A DNA stretch of 64,000 nucleotides from an uncultured Rhodothermales bacterium (GTDB taxonomy: Bacteria; Bacteroidota; Rhodothermia; Rhodothermales; UBA10348), in the NCBI GenBank assembly GCA_964383365.1, contig CAYLHF010000008.1, positions 42,036 through 106,035 on the forward strand, given 5' to 3'. The notes under the pieces are model-generated. The model was not told the DNA's origin. It was given only the letters and a program-made list of their open reading frames with translations, and did no database searches. Position numbers and translations under genes: made by a program. Shown piece by piece: positions 58,054 through 64,000 of the stretch (position 1 is its first letter; the number at the start of each line of letters is the position of its first letter).

Positions 58054-60713
58054 CCAGGTACATTCCGGTCTTCCTCCTGCTCATACTCGGATCCTGTCGT
58101 TCAGAGGCTCCGCACAGACCATTGTTGTCAGATGCCGAACGGCTGTTTGACACCGGTCGAATGGCAGAGGCACTCACCGTTCTCGACGCGCTGGATCTGT
58201 CCGTTCCCGTAGCCCTGTTGAGAGCGCATACGCTCTTTTTTACCGCTCCTGCTGATTCTGCGTACCGCGCAGCGGACCGAATCGCTGCGCGTCTGGAACG
58301 TGCCATTTCCGACGGCGATTCGACCTCCCTCACGCTCGTTCATCTGGGAAGAGCGCTGCACATCAAGGGGCTCGCCCGATTCAATACGGGCAACCTCCGG
58401 CTCGCTGATCAACTACAACAACAGAGTCTCGGACTGGCGCGGAAGGCAGGTGACGAGCGGCTGCAGGCCGACGCTCTCCGCCAACTGGGAGTCCTCGAAT
58501 GGTATCGCGGACGAGTCGATTCGGCCGAAAAAAACTTTTACAATCCGGCTCTGGAACTGTATCGACGCCTCGGTGATCGGGCTGGAGAAGCCACAACCCT
58601 GAGTGACATCGGCCTCCTTGCGTGGCAGAAGAAGGATTGGACGACGCATACAGATTATCAGATGCGCGCCCTGGCTATCCGAAAGGAAATCGACGATTGG
58701 GTTGGTCTGGCCGACTCGTACAATTTTCTGTCTTCCATCCCGAGAACGCTGGGTGCTGCGAATCTTCCGTTTGAACTGGAATACCTGAAACGAAGTCTCG
58801 ATCTGAGTGCTCGTGCAGGCTACGCATGGGGTGAGAATCTGGCTCGACAGGCGCTCAGAACTCTCCTGACACGCCATTTCACAAATTGGGGAGTCTCTGA
58901 TGATACGACTCTCACAATTGTTCGAGACGGCAACAAGGAATTTGAGATCATCAATTTGATGATACGCGCATCGGCCGATCTGGCTGCAAAGAATTGGACC
59001 GGCGCTCGAAAAGTCCTTGACCGGGTCATCCGTATGGCGGACGAGGGGGACTTCCTGAACTTTCGCGTTCACTCCCGATTGCTGCTTTCTGAATACTACG
59101 CCCGATCCGGGCGTGTGACGGACGCCGAACTCGTGCTCGATCAGATGTCCGGTCTGCTATCCGCCTACGCCGTGCCAAACGTCTCGGTCGCCGTTAGAGC
59201 GCGCATCGCAGAACTGAGGTTTCGGAGAACCGGTGACAGGACGTCCCGCCGGCTGTTGGACTCGCTGACAATCGCCTCTGACCGAATCTATTTGAGCTTC
59301 ATGAACGGTTCTTCAGGTGGCATCGCACTCGCGGACGAGATGGTCGAAGCGTACCGGCTCCGCCGGATGATCTACGGGTCCACCATCTCGGCAGTTGAGT
59401 CCGACGAAGCCATTAACCCATCGGATCGAGATCGGGAGATCCTGCTGCTGATGGACCGGGAACGCCTGCTTCCTCTGTGGGCGACGTCGGCCGGATGGGA
59501 CGACGACAATCCGCTCGCTATTCGCATCCGAAAACTGGTTGAAACTGCCGATTATTCGAATCGGCGTATGGACCGGCTTCTCGTCACTATCGGTGAAATG
59601 CAGCAGACGCTCTCAGAACGCGAGCATTCTATTACATCAGCCATGCAGCGGCTCGGCTATCCCCGGGCATTGCCTACGGATTCGCTCGCCCGCCTATTGG
59701 AACCAGCGGAGGCATATGTTTCTTATCGACTGGTCCGAAACAGGCTCTATATCGGTGTCATACGCCGCGATACGACGGTTGTCCTCTCGAAGTCTGTGTC
59801 CAGAAGCAAACTGATCTGGCTCACCGGACTCCTCCACGCAGCATTCCTTCGTGCAAAAAAGAAGCCGTTCGACCCAAGCTGGAGAACTCCAGCCAACACC
59901 CTGTTTCAGGAATTGTGGGAACCGCTCCGAGAGGCGAATCTGATTCACACCGGGGATCATGTGATCGTCGCGCCCGATTACCAACTTTATGGAATCCCGA
60001 TTCATGCACTTTCATCGGGGACGGCCACGGGTTCGGCGCTCGTGATCGATTCTGTTGACGTGTCGTATGCGACCTCATTGACGAGGCTCATGGCCGTGCG
60101 GTCTGACCATCGCAACGGGTCAGACAGAATTGAGGTGTTTGCCCCGCAGTCGAAACAGCTTCCCTTCACGGCCAAGGAGACGGCCTCCATCGCTGCGCTA
60201 GGGGGAGACAGAGTACGGGCCTATGTGGACGGTGAGGCCACCGGCCATCGAGTCATGGATGGCTTCCGGAATGCGTCGATCGTTCATCTGGCCGCACATG
60301 GCCATATAAACACGAGCTTTCCGTTATTTTCCCGATTTGAACTCGCTGATGGATCGGTTTATCTCCGGGATCTTGTGGGCGCGTCGGTCGACGCAAACCT
60401 GATCGTGCTGAGCGCCTGTGAATCAGGTGTGGGATTGAACTGGAGTGGGGACGAATCGACGAGTGAGGGACTGATCAGCTTTCCGAGAGTATTTCTGGAA
60501 GCCGGGGCAGAGGGAGTCATCTCGTCGCTCTGGCCGGTCGAGGATGCTGCCACGGCGAGACTCATGGAGGCCTTCTACGAGACCGGATCGCTTAGCCGAG
60601 CGATGAGACGCTACCGGGACCGGGCCCTCGAGCGGGGAGAGTCAATTCATCCTCTTTTCTGGGCCGGGTTTAAGCTCACGGGCGTCCTACGCCCATCGGT
60701 CGTTACCGAATAA
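58050..60713 (+). CDS. Lipoprotein with TPR repeats and C-terminal CHAT (caspase-like) protease domain
   Basis: Start 'MTRYIPVFLLLILGSCRSE' (lipobox) overlaps the anti-sigma stop as ATGA. TPR_12-like repeats ('ATTLSDIGLLAWQKKDW...'). CHAT His/Cys dyad contexts 'IVHLAAHGHIN' and 'LIVLSACESGVG'. Confidence 0.8.
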   Translation: MTRYIPVFLLLILGSCRSEAPHRPLLSDAERLFDTGRMAEALTVLDALDLSVPVALLRAHTLFFTAPADSAYRAADRIAARLERAISDGDSTSLTLVHLGRALHIKGLARFNTGNLRLADQLQQQSLGLARKAGDERLQADALRQLGVLEWYRGRVDSAEKNFYNPALELYRRLGDRAGEATTLSDIGLLAWQKKDWTTHTDYQMRALAIRKEIDDWVGLADSYNFLSSIPRTLGAANLPFELEYLKRSLDLSARAGYAWGENLARQALRTLLTRHFTNWGVSDDTTLTIVRDGNKEFEIINLMIRASADLAAKNWTGARKVLDRVIRMADEGDFLNFRVHSRLLLSEYYARSGRVTDAELVLDQMSGLLSAYAVPNVSVAVRARIAELRFRRTGDRTSRRLLDSLTIASDRIYLSFMNGSSGGIALADEMVEAYRLRRMIYGSTISAVESDEAINPSDRDREILLLMDRERLLPLWATSAGWDDDNPLAIRIRKLVETADYSNRRMDRLLVTIGEMQQTLSEREHSITSAMQRLGYPRALPTDSLARLLEPAEAYVSYRLVRNRLYIGVIRRDTTVVLSKSVSRSKLIWLTGLLHAAFLRAKKKPFDPSWRTPANTLFQELWEPLREANLIHTGDHVIVAPDYQLYGIPIHALSSGTATGSALVIDSVDVSYATSLTRLMAVRSDHRNGSDRIEVFAPQSKQLPFTAKETASIAALGGDRVRAYVDGEATGHRVMDGFRNASIVHLAAHGHINTSFPLFSRFELADGSVYLRDLVGASVDANLIVLSACESGVGLNWSGDESTSEGLISFPRVFLEAGAEGVISSLWPVEDAATARLMEAFYETGSLSRAMRRYRDRALERGESIHPLFWAGFKLTGVLRPSVVTE

Positions 60714-60767
60714 TCAACGATCCGCATCGTTCCCTGGCACATCGACCAGAGGGATCAATTATGCATT

Positions 60768-60799
60768 GGGCCTGGGATTGATTGATCAATCCCAGGCCC
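60768..60799. terminator. Near-perfect 32-nt palindrome/hairpin between convergent genes (bidirectional terminator-like)
   Basis: 'GGGCCTGGGATTGATTGATCAATCCCAGGCCC' has a stem of 13 bp or more. No T-tract on either side. Confidence 0.5.
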
Positions 60800-60879
60800 G
60801 AGGTCCGTCCACGCATCTCAGGTGAAGCGTCCCCTCCGCAAAACCGCGCAATGACGAAGGGCGACGCAACACATGAGTT

Positions 60880-61371
60880 TTACCACACCTTACAGCCGAC
60901 CGGTGGGGAGTTTTTTCCAACGTCCATCCCTGCGTTCTTCCAGGTCCCGCTTATTTTTCGGGCCCGTTGGACCTTTATGCAATCGGAATAGCGTCCGTAC
61001 ATGAACACGCGCACTCGCAGGTTCGTATTTGATTTCGGCTTTACCTCAAAGTAGGGCCGCTTGCTGTTTTTGCTCTTGAGTTGTCTCGTATACAGGTCGG
61101 AATCGGCTTTCGTACCGTTTCCATTGGTTTCATTGTACCCCAGTTGACCCAACTTCAGTCCCTTCAGATATTTCGCGTCGTTCCCGCCGCCGAAAGCTGC
61201 GGCTTTTCCCTTCCAGCTGATGGCGTCCGAGGCCATTCTCAAGCCTTCCGCCGTTATGTTTTCGTAGAGTGCCTTTTCCTGATTCTCGCCGAACATAAGC
61301 GTTCCGGCTGCGACAGCCACGGTGACCAGGAGAATTCCGACACCGAGTATGAGAAGTTGCTGCTGACCCAT
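60880..61371 (-). CDS. Hypothetical Lys-rich protein with N-terminal hydrophobic helix
   Basis: 'MGQQQLLILGVGILLVTVAVAAGTLMF' anchor or signal. Lower GC and more basic than its neighbours. C-terminal 'GTWKNAGMDVGKNSPPVGCKVW'. Confidence 0.45.
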   Translation of the reverse strand: MGQQQLLILGVGILLVTVAVAAGTLMFGENQEKALYENITAEGLRMASDAISWKGKAAAFGGGNDAKYLKGLKLGQLGYNETNGNGTKADSDLYTRQLKSKNSKRPYFEVKPKSNTNLRVRVFMYGRYSDCIKVQRARKISGTWKNAGMDVGKNSPPVGCKVW

Positions 61372-61583
61372 TGTTTCTTCACGTTAATTGCAATGTCAAA
61401 GGAACAGGGTCTTGTTCTTGCATCGGTCTTGGATTGCGGTTGATAATCGACGCTCCTGGAAATGCGTAGAACTACGTAGTTGGGACGCAGATAATTCGAA
61501 CGCTCGAGACGACTATCCTCTTGTAGATACACCCGACATCCTGTATGCTTGAGACGGGTAGTAACCTTTTTTTCTCTCTCGGC

Positions 61584-63821
61584 ATGCAAATACCAAAGAA
61601 TGGCGGTGGATGGCATTCGATCGGTTACACGATTCACAAGGTACGCGAGGCACATGGAACGCGTCGGCTGTGGAACGCCCTTCGTAGCCGGAACACGTGC
61701 AAGACATGCGCTCTCGGAATGGGCGGACAACGAGGCGGAATGGTCAATGAGATCGGTCATTTCCCCGAGGTCTGTAAGAAGAGTATCCAGGCGATGGTTG
61801 CCGACATGCAGCCGGCCATACCCTCTGAGTTCTGGAGTGAATGGCCTGTCGCTCGGCTGAAACGTCTCTCGCCGAGAGAATTGGAGATGTGCGGTAGGCT
61901 GTCGGAGCCGGTTCGTTATTCCGAACGTACCGGTCGGTACGAGCCCATCTCGTGGGAAGCGGCTCTTAATGCAATCGCTGTCAAACTCAGGAGGCTCGAT
62001 CCCGACGAGTCGTTCTGGTATTTCTCCGGCCGAAGCAGTAACGAAGCCGGATTCCTTCTACAACTCTTCGCCCGACTCTACGGGACCAACAACGTCAATA
62101 ACTGCAGCTACTACTGCCATCAGGCCAGCGGTGTCGGACTCTCGAGTTCGATAGGATCAGGAACGGCCACGATTACCCTCGAAGACCTGAACAAAACCGA
62201 CCTGATATTCGTCATCGGAGCCAATCCTGCAAGCAATCATCCGCGTCTGATGCGATCGCTCATGACCATCCGTCGTCGGGGCGGAAAGGTCATCGTGATC
62301 AATCCCATCCGGGAAGTAGGTCTTGAATCATTCCGCATTCCCTCCGACGCGCGAAGCCTCTTGCTCCGTAGCGACATAGCCACAGACTACATCCAACCTC
62401 ACATCGGTGGTGATCTGGCTCTTCTTACAGGTTTGGCAAAAAGAGTGGTCGAACTGGGCGGACACGACGTGGATTTCCTGTCGGATCACTGCAACGGATC
62501 GACGGACTACCTGAGCCACCTGCAGGGGCAGGATTGGAAAACGATCGCCGATCGAGCCGGAGTTTCTCGAGAGCAAATAGACCGGGTGGCACGGACCTAC
62601 GTGGAGAGCGAGCACGTGGTGTTCAGCTGGGCGATGGGGATCACACACCATATGCACGGAACCGAGAACGTTCAGTCCATTGCAAACCTGGCGCTTCTAA
62701 GGGGAATGGTCGGCAAACCCGGAGCAGGTCTCATGCCCATCAGAGGGCACTCCAATGTTCAGGGCATGGGGTCGGTTGGTGTCACGCCGAGACTGAAAGA
62801 TGCGATCTTCCACGGCCTGTCGACCCGGTTCGGCCTGACCCTACCGACCGGAAACGGACTGGACACGATGGCCTGCATGGAAGCGGCGTCAGAGGGACGA
62901 CTAAAATTCGGTTTCTGCCTCGGCGGAAATTTGTATGGCTCCAATCCCGATTCCACATTCGCGGCCCGGGCACTCTCGACATTGGATCAGCTCGTCTTCC
63001 TGAGTACGACGCTGAATACCGGGCATACGACGGGATTGCCCGACGGTACGATCATTCTTCCGGTGAAAGCTCGCGACGAGGAGAACCAGTCGACAACGCA
63101 GGAATCGATGTTCAACTATGTCAGGCTCAGTGACGGCGGGCCCTCTCGAATAGACGGCACCAGAAGCGAAATCGACATCATCGCGGATCTGGCGAGACGC
63201 GTCCTTGGTACGATCGCCCTCGAACCAAAGGAAGAATCGGCCGATCACGCGGACGGGATACTGCCCACGTGGGAAGTGCTGGGGACGACACGAGGAATCA
63301 GGCAGATGATCGCCCAGGTCGTTCCGGGATACCGTAAGATTGCAGCAATAGGTGAGACCGGAGAGGAGTTTCAGATTGATGGCCGAACATTTCATCACCC
63401 TCAATTCAACACTCCGGATGGTCGGGCCAGACTACAGACGCACGATCTGGCCGTGACGGAGAAACCCGACGCAACTTCCCGGCAACCGACCTTCAGACTC
63501 ATGACGATCCGAAGCGAAGGCCAATTTAATACCGTCGTCTACGAGGAAGAAGATGTCTACCGCGGCATCAAGAGTAGAGACGTCGTCCTGGCCCACTCCA
63601 AAGATCTGAGTCGCCTGTCACTCACGTCCGGAGATCGGTGCACGATCTCGGGGCCGGGGGGCTCCATGACCGGGATCAGAATCTGTTCTTTCGACCGTAT
63701 TCGTCCAGGAAACGTGGCTATGTATTTCCCCGAAGCAAATGTCCTCCTGGATCACCGCGTGGATCCGATGAGTCGCACCCCTGCCTTTCGTGGCGTTCGG
63801 GTCAGACTGGCATCGGAGTAG
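61584..63821 (+). CDS. Molybdopterin oxidoreductase, FdhF/YdeP family
   Basis: 'GGGWHSIGYT' and the Cys cluster 'RNTCKTCALGMGGQRGGMVNE...PEVCKKS'. 'NCSYYCHQASG' and 'VIGANPASNHPR'. Start chosen at Met 61584. Confidence 0.8.
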   Translation: MQIPKNGGGWHSIGYTIHKVREAHGTRRLWNALRSRNTCKTCALGMGGQRGGMVNEIGHFPEVCKKSIQAMVADMQPAIPSEFWSEWPVARLKRLSPRELEMCGRLSEPVRYSERTGRYEPISWEAALNAIAVKLRRLDPDESFWYFSGRSSNEAGFLLQLFARLYGTNNVNNCSYYCHQASGVGLSSSIGSGTATITLEDLNKTDLIFVIGANPASNHPRLMRSLMTIRRRGGKVIVINPIREVGLESFRIPSDARSLLLRSDIATDYIQPHIGGDLALLTGLAKRVVELGGHDVDFLSDHCNGSTDYLSHLQGQDWKTIADRAGVSREQIDRVARTYVESEHVVFSWAMGITHHMHGTENVQSIANLALLRGMVGKPGAGLMPIRGHSNVQGMGSVGVTPRLKDAIFHGLSTRFGLTLPTGNGLDTMACMEAASEGRLKFGFCLGGNLYGSNPDSTFAARALSTLDQLVFLSTTLNTGHTTGLPDGTIILPVKARDEENQSTTQESMFNYVRLSDGGPSRIDGTRSEIDIIADLARRVLGTIALEPKEESADHADGILPTWEVLGTTRGIRQMIAQVVPGYRKIAAIGETGEEFQIDGRTFHHPQFNTPDGRARLQTHDLAVTEKPDATSRQPTFRLMTIRSEGQFNTVVYEEEDVYRGIKSRDVVLAHSKDLSRLSLTSGDRCTISGPGGSMTGIRICSFDRIRPGNVAMYFPEANVLLDHRVDPMSRTPAFRGVRVRLASE

Positions 63822-63835
63822 ACGGTTCGATGTGC

Positions 63836-64000
63836 TCAATCTTCTTCGTCGTCTCCACCATCATCTCCACCATCGTTGCCACCTCCCATACCCTCTCCTC
63901 CGTTGTTTGAATTCGACGATCCAGCCCACGTCTTGCATCCTGGTGGGGCACCGCTATCTCCGGTATCGGCATCAACCCAGTTGCCGCCAACCAGTCGCCC
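63836..64000 (-). CDS. 3' end of a minus-strand gene entering from the right edge (hypothetical, acidic G/D-rich tail)
   Basis: The reverse-complement frame is open from the window edge: '...GGNWVDADTGDSGAPPGCKTWAGSSNSNNGGEGMGGGNDGGDDGGDDEED*'. It is absent from the ORF track because no Met-initiated segment reaches the length listed there. It shares a motif with the 60880..61371 product. Confidence 0.35.
   Translation of the reverse strand, partial: GRLVGGNWVDADTGDSGAPPGCKTWAGSSNSNNGGEGMGGGNDGGDDGGDDEED

Noticed and set aside
60731-60750. 'CTGGCACatcgaCCAG' resembling a sigma-54 -24 element.
   Set aside because: No TTGC/GC -12 element lies at the correct spacing, and it sits between two converging gene ends where no promoter is expected.
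1-64000. Search for CRISPR arrays, tRNA/rRNA genes, IS elements, integrases and prophage genes.
   Set aside because: I saw no spaced direct-repeat arrays, no cloverleaf-like or rRNA-like segments in the short intergenic regions, and no transposase or integrase motifs in any frame. This was done by eye only; tRNAscan, Infernal and ISfinder runs would settle it.

Overview
The window is a 64 kb, gene-dense chromosomal segment with about 50 protein-coding genes. I recognised no rRNA, tRNA, CRISPR array, transposase or integrase. Several gene families (listed below) suggest a Bacteroidota/Rhodothermota/Balneolota-type (FCB group) bacterium. That placement is my inference from reading the translations and has not been checked by any search.

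**Gene families behind the taxonomic guess**
- TonB-dependent receptor followed by a DUF4249-like lipoprotein
- PUR/DUF3276 protein and DUF3109
- bacillithiol genes bshC and bshB1
- BamD and sigma-54

**Housekeeping content (most of the window)**
- recX, hisC, leuS, efp-accB-accC, gcvH, guaA, bamD, nadD, rnc, gcvP, rpoN, ruvB
- purine nucleoside phosphorylase, HMG-CoA lyase, an M1 peptidase, and a YdeP-type molybdopterin oxidoreductase

**Two loci that look accessory and worth follow-up**
1. A tightly packed seven-ORF minus-strand operon (14534..25944) resembles a synthase-dependent exopolysaccharide secretion system.
   - It encodes a GT2 synthase, a giant TPR plus beta-barrel protein, a small membrane protein, and two paralogous GATase-like/NodB-like exported proteins.
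   - Its first gene has an unusual architecture: a RecA/KaiC-like domain with a degenerate P-loop, a Pro-rich repeat linker, and a degenerate GGDEF domain that keeps an RxxD I-site. This recalls the c-di-GMP sensor BcsE.
2. A plus-strand operon (56470..60713) encodes a sigma-70/ECF-like factor with an apparent duplicated region 4, a zf-HC2 membrane anti-sigma factor, and a lipoprotein TPR-CHAT caspase-like protease. The protease start overlaps the anti-sigma stop (ATGA). This suggests caspase-type control of a sigma/anti-sigma pair, with no CRISPR context.

**Smaller oddities**
- An acylating aldehyde dehydrogenase carries a roughly 120-aa disordered tail that ends in an encapsulation-peptide-like helix.
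- Two small genes flanking the oxidoreductase share a C-terminal G.W..A...PP.GCK.W motif.
- There are several hairpins and repeats in intergenic regions.

All functional calls come from motif recognition by eye. Every one should be confirmed by HMM and structure searches.
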